A DNA stretch of 64,000 bases from Eledone cirrhosa (GCA_964016885.1 CAXHJY010001521.1:1-64000); one strand, 5' to 3'. Counted from the first letter of the stretch, positions 1 to 13,996 are shown. Notes: generated from the sequence alone by a model not told the origin. Translations and numbers: made by a program.

Positions 1-1058
1 ATACACACATAACGATATACACACATTCATACCATACTACATACAGACATACACACATCAACATACATACACACACTTACATAACGACATACATACACAC
101 ATAGATACATACACACACTTACATAGGCACACACACATCGATACATAAATACACACATACGCACATAGATACATACATACATACACACACACACAAACAC
201 TTACATAGATACATACACACATACATACACACACTTACATAGATACACACACACACATACATACAAACACTTACATAGATACATACACACACTTACATAG
301 ATACACACATACATACAAACACTTACATAGACACACACACACATCGATACATAAATACACACATTGATACATAGATACATACACACACACATCGATACAT
401 ACATACACACACTTACATAGATACATACATACACACACACACAATACACCCACCACATACACACAATACATACATACACACATATAGGTACATACACACA
501 CAATACACACACACATACACTTACATAGATACACACACGCACACACACGCGCACACACACGCACACACACATACATACAGACACTTACATAGATACACAC
601 ACGCACACACACACACGCACACACACACATACATACATACACTTACATAGATACACACACGCACACATACATACAAACACTTACATAGATACATACACAC
701 ATACATACAGACACTTACATAGATACACACACACACAACACACACACACACATTTACATAGATACATACACACACACACACACACAAACACTTACATAGA
801 TACATACACACATACATACAGACACTTACATAGATACACACACGCAACACACACACACACATTTACATAGATACATACACACACAAACACTTACATAGAT
901 ACATACACACATACATACAGACACTTACATAGATACACACACGCACACACACGCACACATACACGCACACACGCACACACACACACAGACACGCACACCC
1001 ACACACACATTTACATAGATACATACACACATACATACAGACACTTACATAGATACAC

Positions 1059-1103
<45 letters not shown>

Positions 1104-1585
1104 GTGAAAATTAGCAAGACTCTGAACAAACAGCCGGAAGAGCGATGGCGACCGACGGTGTTTATGATCATTAATTTGCATAGCTGTGTATATATATAAT
1201 ATATATATATATAGATATATTTGTGTGTATATATATATTATATATATATATATATATATAGTATATATATATATGTGTGTGTGTGTGTATACACAAATAT
1301 GTGTGTATATATATATATATATATATGATATATATATATGTGTGTGTGTGTATACACAAATATGTGTGTATATATATATATACATACATATATATGTGTG
1401 TATGTGTACACAAATATGTGTGTGTATATATATATATATATATACATACAAAAACATATATATACAATATATATACAAATATATATATATATGATATATA
1501 TATATATATACACACAAATATATATATATATATATATACAATACATATATATGATATATATATACTGTATATATATATATATACA

Positions 1586-1625
<40 letters not shown>

Positions 1626-1636
1626 GATAAAGTATA

Positions 1637-1696
<60 letters not shown>

Positions 1697-1916
1697 GATA
1701 AAGTATAAACAATATATATATATATATATATACAAATATATATATATATACAATATAAATGATATATATATATATATACAAATATATATATATCATTTAT
1801 ATTGTATATATATATATATATTTGTATATATATATATATATAATATATATATATCAATATATATATATATATACAATATATATATACACCCTCAAATATA
1901 CATACATACATGCAAG

Positions 1917-1947
<31 letters not shown>

Positions 1948-1985
1948 ATTATACATATACATATATATATATAATACATACACAC
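1..1985. repeat. Compound (CA)n/(CATA)n minisatellite followed by (TA)n-rich microsatellite
   Basis: Recurring unit ACTTACATAGATACACAC to about 1100; TA/TG/CA tracts 1185-1985. Confidence 0.95.
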
Positions 1986-2157
1986 ATTGGCAGGTCTCCA
2001 CTCACCATCCTCTCCCGACCACCCAACAGGCTTGGGTGGGGGTCGTAGGTGAAAAATGAGGGATCAACAATATGTATGGATCAAGTGTTGAGGTGAGCAG
2101 GTCAGTGAGACAACTGACAAAGTTAATCCTCTGGTCGAACACCACTGTTCAAATAAC

Positions 2158-3215
2158 CTCTTAGATACTATCTCTCTCTCTCTCTCAGATCTCATATACT
2201 ATCTCTCTCTCTCACATAACTCTCCTCTCTCTCACTCTCTCTCTTCAGATCTCATATACTCTCTCTCTCTCTCAGATCTCATATACTATCTCTCTCTCTC
2301 ACATACTCTCTCTCTCTCACTCTCTCTCTCAGATCTCATATACTCTCTCTCTCTCTCAGATCTCATATACTATCTCTCTCTCTCACATACTCTCTCTCTC
2401 TCACTCTCTCTCTCAGATCCTCATATACTATCTCTCTCTCTCAGATCTCATATACTATCTCTCTCTCTCACATACTCTCTCTCTCTCGACTCTCTCTCTC
2501 AGATCTCATATACTCTCTCTCTCTCTCAGATCTCATATACTACTCCTCTCTCTCTCTCAGATCTCATATACTATCTCTCTCACTCTCTCTCTCAGATCTC
2601 ATATACTATCTCTCTCTCTCTCACATACTCTCTCTCTCACTCTCTCTCTCAGATCTCATATACTATCTCTCTCTCTTACTCTCTCTCTCTCTCTCTCAGA
2701 TCTCATATACTATCTCTCTCTCTTACTCTCTCTCTCTCTCTCAGATCTCATATACTATCTCTCTCTCTCACTTACTCTCTCTCTCTCTCTCACACATACT
2801 CTCTCTCTCACTTACTCTCTCTCTCTCCTCTCACTCTCTCTCTCTCAGATCTCATATACTAACTCTCTCTCTCTCACATACTCTCTCTCTCTCACTCTCT
2901 CTCTCAGATCTCATATACTATCTCTCTCTCTTACTCTCTCTCTCTCTCAGATCTCATATACTATCTCTCTCTCTCACTTACTCTCTCTCTCTCTCTCTCA
3001 CACATACTCTCTCTCTCACTTACTCTCTCTCTCTCTCTCACACATACTCTCTCTCTCTCACTCTCTCTCTCTCAGATCTCATATACTATCTCTCTCTCAC
3101 TCTCTCAGATCTCATATACTATCTCTCTCTCTTACTCTCTCTCTCTCTCAGATCTCATATACTATCTCTCTCTCTTCAGATCTGTTTCTTTCTCTCTCCC
3201 CCCTCTCTCTCTTCT
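2158..3215. repeat. (CT)n-based minisatellite, unit about CTCTCTCAGATCTCATATACTA
   Basis: More than 20 copies of CAGATCTCATATACT separated by variable CT tracts. Confidence 0.95.
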
Positions 3216-3232
3216 TGAGACTCACTGGCTTC

Positions 3233-3531
3233 ATGTGGTCGTCTCCACTACTTGCTGAGTATGTGTGTAGGTGTATATGTAGGTGTATATGTAGGTGTAT
3301 GTGTATGTGTGTAGGTGTATATGTAGGTGTATATGTATGTGTATATGTATGTGTGTAGGTGTATATGTAGGTGTATATGTAGGTGTATATGTATGTGTGT
3401 GATGCTTCATTTTAATGTATGGTTGTGTATATATATACACAACTATACATTAAAATGAAGCATCACACACCTACATATACACCTACATATACACCTACAC
3501 ACATACTCAGCAATAGTGGAGACGACCACAT
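3233..3531. repeat. Foldback inverted repeat centred on a short (TA)n
   Basis: ATGTGGTCGTCTCCACTA...GATGCTTCATTTTAATGTA mirrored by TACATTAAAATGAAGCATC...TAGTGGAGACGACCACAT. Confidence 0.9.
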
Positions 3532-3550
3532 ATATGTATATATATATATA

Positions 3551-3882
3551 TGGAGGCACATGGCTTAGTGGTTAGAGCATTGGCCTTGCAATCGACAGGT
3601 TGTGAGTTCAATTCTCAGACCGGGTGATGTGTTGTTTCCTTGAGCAAGACACTTTATTTCACATTGCTCCAGTTTACTCAGGACTGGGGTCCCTATCATT
3701 CCACTGCAAAGTGGTCGTGGAGGTGCCACGGCAAAAAAGCACCCATCACTCACTGTAAATGAGGTTGGTGTTAGGAAGGGCATCCAGCTGTAGAAATCAA
3801 GCCAGAGTCAGTTCCCGTCCCACCCTTGCAAGCAGGGAAAAGTGGACGTAAAATGATGATGATGATGATGATGATGATGATA
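3551..3882 (+). mobile_element. tRNA-derived CORE-type SINE with (TGA)n tail
   Basis: A box TGGCTTAGTGG, B box GTTCAATTC, MIR/CORE-like CCTTGAGCAAGACACTT, (TGA)n tail; near-identical copies at 23853 and 62034. Confidence 0.85.
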
Positions 3883-4591
3883 TATAAAGGGATTCATTCC
3901 TTTATCTCAAATTAGAATTTACCGCCTAAGCGGGGGTTACATCCCTTGGAGTAAACCACGTGTCTGTGGCGATATTTAAAGCTACAACATACCCGCTCAG
4001 GCTATGAACGAAAGACTTGCTGAAGAAGTAAATCCTATGTTCTGTCGTCAAAAACCATTATATTGCAGACTCCTGCAATAGGAATTTGTCGATCTTGGAT
4101 TTGCAGAAACTTAGCGCTGATGTTGGATGCTATATGTGATCTATATTGTTGATATACGATGTAAGTTATATATTTTGCACTCAGCCTCACCGCTATGTCC
4201 GGGTCAGTATAAAATCTTTTCCTGGGTCCTGTATTTTCGTTGCTCTAGTGATGTGGCTGGACTGCCGACCGCTATATCTGATTTGCTAAGCTGTCTGAAC
4301 GTAATGTTATTACTCTGGGGTCTTTCCTCATCTGAGTGCTCAAGCTACAGACCGATTATGCATATACGCTAGCTTGGCCGTGTTCTAAAGCTTCGTCAAT
4401 GCTGTACTAAAATTTATATATATAAATATAGTATTAGTTATACTATTTATGGTTATGTAAATACAAAACCTTATGCAGTTATAAGTATTTTACACACACC
4501 CTAAATAGTGGTAGGCAGTAATGTATTACTACCTTATTACCAGTAAGTTAAGTAGCTCAATGTAAAAACATCAGATGATTTACAGAGCAGT

Positions 4592-4671
4592 TATATGAAA
4601 TATAAGAATCAAAGAACTGTTCAAAACATTATAATGTTTTGAACAGTTCTTTGATTCTTATATTTCATATA
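4592..4671. repeat. Perfect 80-bp palindrome without spacer
   Basis: TATATGAAATATAAGAATCAAAGAACTGTTCAAAACATTA directly followed by its reverse complement. Confidence 0.95.
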
Positions 4672-4721
4672 TTTCATATATATAAATATATATATATATA
4701 TAAATAAATATATATATATAT

Positions 4722-4920
4722 GAAGGTGCGTATCTTAGTGGTTAGAGCGCTGGGATTCACAATCGAATGGTTGTGAGTTCGATTCTGAGACCGTGTGATG
4801 TGTTGTGTCCTTGAGCAAGACACTTTGTTATTCGTTACTCCAGTTCCCTCAGCTGTAGAAATGAGTTGTGATGTCACTGGTACCCAGCTGTATCGACCAT
4901 TGCCTTTCCCTTGAACAACA
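4722..4920 (+). mobile_element. tRNA-derived CORE-type SINE, second subfamily, 3' truncated
   Basis: CTTAGTGGTTAGAGCG...GTTCGATTC head and GTGTCCTTGAGCAAGACACTT; body matches the reverse complement of about 59005-59062. Confidence 0.8.
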
Positions 4921-4924
4921 TATA

Positions 4925-4968
<44 letters not shown>

Positions 4969-4973
4969 ATATA

Positions 4974-5016
<43 letters not shown>

Positions 5017-5041
5017 GTATATATATATGTATATATATATG

Positions 5042-5079
<38 letters not shown>

Positions 5080-5173
5080 TATATCAAACCTTGAGCTGAT
5101 CAATCGCGAAACGTGCCTCACAAATCAATAAACGAACTGAAGACCTAACACTTCATCCTTTTTATTATGTTGA

Positions 5174-5209
<36 letters not shown>

Positions 5210-5539
5210 AAAAATGGAACGGGAACAAAACAGAGAGGCAGTACAAACAAAGGTTTATTAGTTTCACGCCCTTGATAGTGAGGGGGTGGGGGGGGGGGGA
5301 CATACATAAATACATACATATATATATAATTCGTTTTTGAATTTAAATAAAATAAAAATGGCGTAGACATTACAATACAATACAATAGGAGGGAACATAA
5401 TAGTACCACTGATGATGTTGCAGATGTGCAACAAAAGAACTTTGTTAGACTATATATATATATATATATATATTAGTTTTGCGAGGTTTTTGATATGAAA
5501 TCGTGTGTCGAAACAAATATTGTTAGACTATATATATGT

Positions 5540-5815
<276 letters not shown>

Positions 5816-5834
5816 TTACATATATATATACATT

Positions 5835-5899
<65 letters not shown>

Positions 5900-5900
5900 T

Positions 5901-5941
<41 letters not shown>

Positions 5942-6060
5942 TTACATATATATATACATTTACATATATATAGATATATATATATATATACATTTACATA
6001 TATATATATATATAAATATACATTTACATATATATATATATATATAAATATACATTTACA

Positions 6061-6137
<77 letters not shown>

Positions 6138-6321
6138 TTATATATATATATATATATATATATACATTTATATATATATATACATATATACATATACATA
6201 CATATATATATATATATATATAATGCGATGAAATATCAATAATGGTTGGCAAATCACTGACGAAGGACTATTTTTATCATATGTAACCCATGTGCAACCA
6301 CGCAGTATTCTTTCTTCTCAT

Positions 6322-6392
<71 letters not shown>

Positions 6393-6797
6393 TTACTGCC
6401 CGATGGCTGAGAGATAAGAGTGTCAACTGAAATGGCGAATCGTGTAATAGTTAAAAAGCATCAAACAACACCACCAACAACAACAACACCACCACCAACA
6501 ACAACACCAACAGCAACAACAACCTAATTAATGACGTCATAATTAAAAATGGTTGATCTACTCACCCGACATATACATTTTATACAGGGGTCTTCTGATA
6601 TGAGAGGTATATACACTTCCTTTCCTTCGTCAACACACTTGGCATCAGATCCTGTAATATAAAAACAGACTCTTAGTGCTGCCATCTACCTCTTTATACT
6701 TTCCTTACCATATTTCGAAGGGAAAACATTGGTGTTTGGAAAATAACTTAACAAAGGTTCTTACATAAAATTATGATGGAAGGTTTATAAATAAATT

Positions 6798-7052
6798 TAA
6801 ACTCTTTTACCATATTTCTAATGGAAGACACTACCTATGTCTTTAACCCTTTCATTACCACATTTTTAATGAAAGACACTACCTATGTCATTAACCCTTT
6901 CATTACCATATTTCTAATGAAAGACACTGTCTATGTCTTTAACCCTTTCATTACCATATTTCTAATGAAAGACACTACCTATGTCATTAACCCTTTCATT
7001 ACCACATTTTTAATGAAAGACACTACCTATGTCATTAACCCTTTCATTACCA
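6798..7052. repeat. 48-bp minisatellite, left part
   Basis: Unit TTAACCCTTTCATTACCATATTTCTAATGAAAGACACTACCTATGTCW, about 5 copies. Confidence 0.95.
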
Positions 7053-7783
7053 TCTAAACTATAATAAGGGAAGGTCTGCGGGACTGCGTTCGGTTTATTT
7101 TTTGTTTATCCCGTTAGTAAAATAAGTTGGATTACTTAGAATAAATAATTATTTCTACTTTTGGCACAAGGCCAGCAATTACCCCCAGTGCTTTACCGAC
7201 CCCGTAAGGATGAAAGGCAAAGTTAACCTCGGCGGGATTTGAACTCAGAATGGCAAGGGCCGTAACTCTATGCGGCAAAGCATGGCGCCCGACCCTCTAC
7301 CGATACTGCCAATCCACTGAATAAATAATGAATGAATATTACATAATTTATTTACTAAATTTCGTAAACAAAAATAATTTCGTAAAAATAAATAATTTAA
7401 AATTGACTTCTTTTCAAAGTTGCATTACCGGTATATCGTTGCCACCACCACAACTACCATATGTATAGCCATATATATAGAAAGAGAAAGTTTGTGATGT
7501 CAACACTTCCGGTGGCGATCACTTAAATGAACATACTAATTTTCTGTCACTAATTTTCTTCTAATGTAGTTTATATATAATATCGTTTTTTTTTATGTAT
7601 CATGGATTACGTTACTGATTAAATAAGACAGTGTAACAACGTCTTCGCTCAATTTCTGTTTATATTGTCAATTACGATTTTATTTGATGTATCATATCTA
7701 CATGTATATATACTTGCGTATAATATCAATATACACACTACACATGCTAGCATAAATCCACCAGAGGGTGGTTTTTCTGCTAG
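7053..7783 (+). mobile_element. Non-autonomous Helitron
   Basis: 5' TC (TCTAAACTATAATAA), 3' hairpin CCACC-AGAG-GGTGG then CTAG; inserted between A and T of a minisatellite unit (TACCA|TATTTC) with no TSD; second copy at 51788-52272 (-). Confidence 0.85.
7150..7318 (-). mobile_element. Meta-domain tRNA-derived SINE nested in the Helitron
   Basis: Reverse complement has GTTCAAATCCCGCCGAGGTTAACTTTGCCTTTCATCCTTACGGGGTCG; TSD GAATAAATAAT at 7139-7149 and 7319-7329. Confidence 0.85.
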
Positions 7784-8026
7784 TATTTCTAATGGAAGAC
7801 ACTGTCTATGTCTTTAACCCTTTCATTACCATATTTCTAATGGAAGACACTGTCTATGTCTTTAACCCTTTCATTACCATATTTCTAATGAAAGACACTG
7901 TCTATGTCTTTAACCTTTTCATTACCATATTTCTAATGAAAGACACTGTCTATGTCTTTAACCCTTTCATTACCATATTTCTAATGAAAGACACTGTCTA
8001 TGTCTTTAATATTTTCATTACCATAC
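7784..8026. repeat. 48-bp minisatellite, right part
   Basis: Same unit as 6798-7052, resuming in register after the Helitron. Confidence 0.95.
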
Positions 8027-8095
8027 AGTACCAGTAATGCACTGGGGTAATTGCTGGCCTTGTGCCAAAAGTAGAATCAATTATTTTTTCACCAC

Positions 8096-8225
8096 CCCTT
8101 CCTTTTACACACACATACATTCACGCAGGCAGCAGACGTAAAGAGAGAGGAATAGTATGAGGTAGTCAGACTACTCCTTTCTCTTTATGTGTTGTGACAG
8201 AATAGCTGAAATTTATATATAGATA
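8096..8225 (-). mobile_element. Dispersed repeat, possible Helitron 5'-end fragment
   Basis: Direct copy at about 9590-9722; reverse complement begins TCTATATATAAA. Confidence 0.4.
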
Positions 8226-8227
8226 TA

Positions 8228-8627
8228 TACAACGTAAATGACAAAGAGTGTTTAAAACATTTTATCACTTACAATCGTTTCATCCTAGCACAAGGCCGAA
8301 ATCATCGAAGTAGATAATAAAAGTCAAACACAAATTTAGTATCATAACTTAATCACAAGAACATTAGGAGGATACATAATATGGGAAGCTAGATAAGCAT
8401 AAGTATCAACATTTATATCCTCTGTTATCTTATATAAATGTTGATATTTATACTTATCTAACCTCCCATATTATATATCCTCCTAATGATCTTGTAACAA
8501 ACTTTTGATATTATATTTGTGTTTTAACCTTTATTATATACTCCGATGATTCTAGCCTTGTGCTAGGATGAAACGATCGTAAGTCATTAAATGTTTTAAA
8601 CACTCTTTGATTGTCAATTATATTGTA
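8228..8627. mobile_element. Diverged foldback element with HHR-like motifs in both arms
   Basis: Arms about 8228-8418 and 8432-8627, short spacer, visibly diverged. Confidence 0.75.
8540..8584 (+). ncRNA. Minimal type I hammerhead-like motif (variant core)
   Basis: ACT-CCGATGA-TTCTAGC cttgt GCTAGGA t-GAAA-CGATCG-TA-AGT; palindromic stem III, C in place of U4, one extra base. Confidence 0.5.
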
Positions 8628-8707
8628 TTTCAGCTCTGTAGTATACTTGTTATTTTACATTGAGCTGTTTTCATACTCGTAATTGGATAATATTTATTAT
8701 TACCCAC

Positions 8708-8782
<75 letters not shown>

Positions 8783-8786
<4 letters not shown>

Positions 8787-9072
8787 CACACCGATCTCAA
8801 GCTGTGGCACGCTGCCCAGGCTTTGCCCTTCCTCTCAACCACATCATCTTCCGTATTCCCAATCTTTGCTCCCAAATACAGGAAGTCCTCAACCAATTCT
8901 AGCGGCTTCCCGCCTACATTAGTGATCCCCTCTGGCTTCTCAACATTCTCTACCAGATATTTTGTTTTAGTCTCATTCATTCTCAGCCCCATACTCATTG
9001 ACACAGTCTCAACCTCCTGCATCAAATCCTCTGCCTCCTTCACTGTATTTGTCACCAAAACTATGTCGTCGG
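8783..9072 (-). mobile_element. RTE-clade LINE RT fragment, inverted 5' segment
   Basis: Encodes DDIVLVTNTVKEAEDLMQEVE...GLRMNETKTK...FLYLGA...AWAACHSLRSVWN (from the RT xADD motif onward). Confidence 0.9.
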
Positions 9073-9533
9073 ACCTTCGTAAAGACCTGAAAATCCGTCT
9101 CTTCATTGCTGTAGTGGAGTCTGTGCTGCTGTACGGGTCTGAGACTTGGACACTGACCAAGAAACTCACTCAGATGGTGGATGGGTGCTACACGAGAATG
9201 CTGAGGATGGCTCTGAACATTAATCAGTATACACTGAGGATGAAAAACTCAGAGCTGTATGGGAGCCTCCCAAAAGTCAGCTCAAAAGTGACACAGAGGA
9301 GACTGAGGTTAGCTGGACATGCTCACCGACATCCAGAGTTGGCATTGCACTCAGTGCTCCTGTGGGAGCCCCTACATGGACACACTGGAAGAGGAAGACC
9401 AAGGTTAACGTATGTTGATGCCCTAAGGACAGACACTGGTCTGTTGGAGACGCAGGACATGGCAGCGATAATGAGGGACAGAGACCGCTGGAGAGAACTC
9501 ATCCTTGGAACTCGGGAATTTTACCCACCCTAG
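9069..9533 (+). mobile_element. RTE-clade LINE ORF C-terminus and 3' end
   Basis: SDLRKDLKIRLFIAVVESVLLYGSETWTL...RRLRLAGH...GRGRPRLTYVD...DRDRWR, stop, then (TA)n. Confidence 0.9.
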
Positions 9534-10148
9534 AATATATATATACATATATATATATGTAGCTACACTTATATAGATAGATATAGATCCCCTTCCTTCC
9601 TTTTACACACACATACATTCACGCAGGCACCAGACGTAATGAGAGAGGAGTAGTATGAGGTAGTCAAACTACTCCCCTCTCTTTACCTGTTGTGACAGAA
9701 TCGCAGAAATTTATATATAGAAGATTAATTTCTAAGCCTCATTTCATAGACTACATCTGTATGCATTGAATGAGGCAATAGAAATAAGTTCACGACAACA
9801 CTCCATACCCCTGATGATGTGACTGTGAAAGACTAGAAACTGTCGGTTAAATTATAGATTTAGGAATGTCTCAGAAGTGAGAAAGAAAGATAATGAAAAC
9901 AAGGGAAATCTAATAAAGAAATAACAGCAACAACAATAACAGCAACCTTAAAACTCGAACATATTCGTGTCTTTAACAATACAAGGTTAATAGAAGGGTG
10001 TTTCCCATTATATATTTATATATATGTGTATGTGTATAATTTATATATATGTATATATAATATATATATATTATATATACGTATATAATATAATATAATA
10101 TAATATATATATATATATTATATATATATTATATATATATATATATAC

Positions 10149-10220
<72 letters not shown>

Positions 10221-10306
10221 CGTATATTTATATATATACGTACATTTATAACATGTATATGTGAAAAATAAAAGTATAATTGTGAATGTTTGTATATATA
10301 TAACAC

Positions 10307-10337
<31 letters not shown>

Positions 10338-10409
10338 CATATATATATACATATATATATACATATACAAACACGTCGCCTATATACCTGTAGTAAACAT
10401 CTGTATACG

Positions 10410-10457
<48 letters not shown>

Positions 10458-10591
10458 ATGTATGTGTGTGTACGTACGTACATACACATATCTCTTTATA
10501 TATATACACACACACAAATATATGTGTGTGTGTGTGTACGTACGTACATAGTCATATCTCTTTATATATATATATACACACACACACATAT

Positions 10592-10632
<41 letters not shown>

Positions 10633-10691
10633 ACGTACGTACATAGACATATCTCTTTATATATATAGATATATACAAACACACACATATA

Positions 10692-10726
<35 letters not shown>

Positions 10727-11106
10727 GCCCTCCATAAACACTTCATCCCTTCATGTCTATTAAGTGACCACCACTCCCCCCCACTCCCCCCCAACTCCAC
10801 CCCACCTTTACAACCCCCCCCCCCCCCGCCCCCGCCTTACCACCACTGGTCGCTACCACCCCTAATACCATCCCACCACCCAGTGGTACGTGCCTCTTCT
10901 GTTAATTGTACTGTGTGGTGACCACCCGAGTAAATATATTTCGTTTGCCATACGGATTGGGGTGTGTCACTCATTGACACACACACATATATACACACAC
11001 ACACACACACACATACATATATATACACACACATATATATATACACGCACACACATATATATATATGTACACGCACACACATATATATATATGTACACGC
11101 ACACAC

Positions 11107-11137
<31 letters not shown>

Positions 11138-11178
11138 TATATATATATACACACACATAGATATACACACACATAGAT

Positions 11179-11217
<39 letters not shown>

Positions 11218-11489
11218 CACACACATAGATATATAAACACACACATATATATATACACGCACACACATATATATACACGCACACATATATATATATATAT
11301 ACACACACACATATATATATATACACATACATAGATATATACACACGCACACACATATATATATACACGCACACACATATATATATATATACACATTCAT
11401 ATATACATATATAAATAAATATATATATATATACACACATACGTAAGCACACATTAATACGTTAAACCACAATACCGTACATATGTATA

Positions 11490-11980
11490 TACACCACCAC
11501 AACCGCGACCACAACCACCGCCACCATCACTATCACCACCACGACCACCACCACTATTACCACCATTACCACCACCACCACCATCACCACTACCACCAAT
11601 ATCCCTACCACCACCACCACCATTACCGCCACCACCACCACCACCACCATCACCACTACCACCACCACCACCACCACCACCACCACCACCACCACCACCA
11701 CCACTACTACTACCACCACCAATACCACCACCACCACCACCACCACCACCACCACCACCACCACTACTACCACCACCACCAATATCACCACCACAACCAC
11801 CACCATCACCACCAATATCCCTACCACCACCACCATTACCACCACCACCACCACCACCACAACCACCACCACCACCAATATCCCTACCACCACCACCATT
11901 ACCACCACCACCACCACCACCACCATTATCACCACCACCACCACCACCACCACCATTACCACCCGCACCATCACCAATGA
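11490..11980. repeat. (CCA)n degenerate trinucleotide repeat
   Basis: CAC/CCA tract. Confidence 0.95.
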
Positions 11981-12409
11981 CCAATCATGTGTCCATATTG
12001 TCTCGCAGACATAAAGAGTCATTCATTCAACCCCCGCTCTCCTAAATGGAGTATATATGTGTCTGTATGTATGTGTGTGTGTGTCTGTATGTGTATTTTC
12101 GTTTGTGTGTGTGTGTGTGTGTTTGTATGTGTGTGTGTATGTATGTTTGTGTGTGTGTATGTATGTTTGTGTGTGTTTGTGAGTTTGTATGTGTGTGTTT
12201 GTGCGTGTTGTATGTATGTGTGTGTTTATATGTTTGTGTGTGTGTGTGTGTGTGTTTGTATGTATGTATGTGTGTGTGTGTGTTGGATCTCCATCGGCTT
12301 TCCAGACGAGACTTCCAACAGGACAACCTGCTCGAGAAATTAACTTGCAAATGGCTGAGCATTCGGTAATCAAAAGGGGTATGTCTAAAAACCTAACTTT
12401 TCTTCTCCC

Positions 12410-13665
12410 ACTTATTCCTGAAAGGGTTGTGGGGGCAGAGCCCTCAAACACACGCTCCAGCAGGTCCTGTCAGAAGCAACTGTTTCCTACTGATCTGGCT
12501 GGATACCCTAACGAGACCAGCCAATCTCATGTATGTTATCCAACCATCTTGCTCGGGGTCTACTCCTGAGTCTCCTGCTGGTTGGTTTTGCTCGTAAAAC
12601 TTTCCAGTGATTCTTTCCTGAGACCACATGTACCACATGTCCATAGTATCAGAGCTGTGATCTCTCAATTCGAAGAAGTAGCAGCTCTACCTGGAGTGAC
12701 TCTCTGATCTCTGAGCTACAAATATCTCCGATGTTTCTTTCTTGAGACATTCTAACCACATGTCCATCGTATCAGAGCTGTGATCTCTCAATTCGAAGAA
12801 GTAGCAGCTCTACCTGGAGTGACTCTCTGATCTCTGAGCTACAAATATCTCCGATGTTTCTTTCTTGAGACATTCTAACCACATGTCCATCGTATCAGAG
12901 CTGTGATCTCTCAATTCAGAGAAGTAGCAGCTCTACCTGGAGTGACTCTCTCATCTCTGAGCTACAAATATCTCCAATGTTTCTTTCTTGAGACATTCTA
13001 ACCACATGTCCATAGTATCAGAGCTGTGATCTCTCAATTCAGAGAAATAGCAGCTCTACCTGGAGTGACTCTCTCATCTCTGAGCTACAAATATCTCCAA
13101 TGTTTCTTTCTTGAGACATTCTAACCACATGTCCATAGTATCAGAGCTGTGATCTCTCAATTCAGAGAAATTGCAGCTCTACCTGGAGTGACTCTCTCAT
13201 CTCTGAGCTACAAATATCTCCAATGTTTCTTTCTTGAGACATTCTAACCACATGTCCATAGTATCAGAGCTGTGATCTCTCAATTCAGAGAAATAGCAGC
13301 TCTACCTGGAGTGACTCTCTCATCTCTGAGCTACAAATATCTCCAATGTTTCTTTCTTGAGACATTCTAACCACATGTCCATAGTATCAGAGCTGTGATC
13401 TCTCAATTCAGAGAAATAGCAGCTCTACCTGGAGTGACTCTCTCATCTCTGAGCTACAAATATCTCCAATGTTTCTTTCTTGAGACATTCTAACCACATG
13501 TCCATCGTATCAGAGCTGTGATCTCTCAATTCGAAGAAGTAACAGCTCTACTTGGAGTGATTCTCTCATCTCTGTCCAGCAATTCTTTCCTGAGACATTC
13601 TAACCACATGTCCATAGTATCAGAGAAGTAGCAGCTCTACCTGAAGTGACTCTTTGATCTCCAAG
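12410..13665 (-). mobile_element. Decayed RTE (Expander/REX3-like) LINE 3' end with internal 123-bp tandem array
   Basis: Minus strand reads ESLQVELLLLRIERSQL*YYGHVVRMSQER...AKPTSRRLRSRPRARWLDNIHEIGWSR*GIQP...LRALPPQP; CCACATGTCC recurs at 12633, 12756, 12879, 13002, 13125, 13248, 13371, 13494. Confidence 0.85.
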
Positions 13666-13906
13666 CTACACACTGTATCCAATAACATTACTCTAAAACC
13701 CTTCGGAGGAACCCCCATTTCAACCGCATTTATTCGCGATAGTATTCTTACGTTCATTAATTTATTGTTGATTTATTCTTGGTGTCACTATTCCTAAACC
13801 TTTCGTGATTGCTCTAAGTCGAAAGATATTGATTCCTCACTCATTGAGTGCTTTGAGACAGCCTCTCAAGATTCGATTGTTCATCTGCAACTTCGGTTTA
13901 ACTCAT

Positions 13907-13996
<90 letters not shown>

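Noticed and set aside
3551-3625. tRNA gene (also 4722, 23853, 30514, 58431)
   Set aside because: A and B boxes run into SINE core sequence and no clean cloverleaf is seen; these are SINE heads
9805-9850. CTGATGA...GAAACTGTC hammerhead-like motif
   Set aside because: Stem II and stem I pair poorly; at best a decayed relic
12630-13665. Regular arrays as CRISPR (also 25360-26200 and 6798-8026)
   Set aside because: No unique spacers, no cas genes, eukaryotic context
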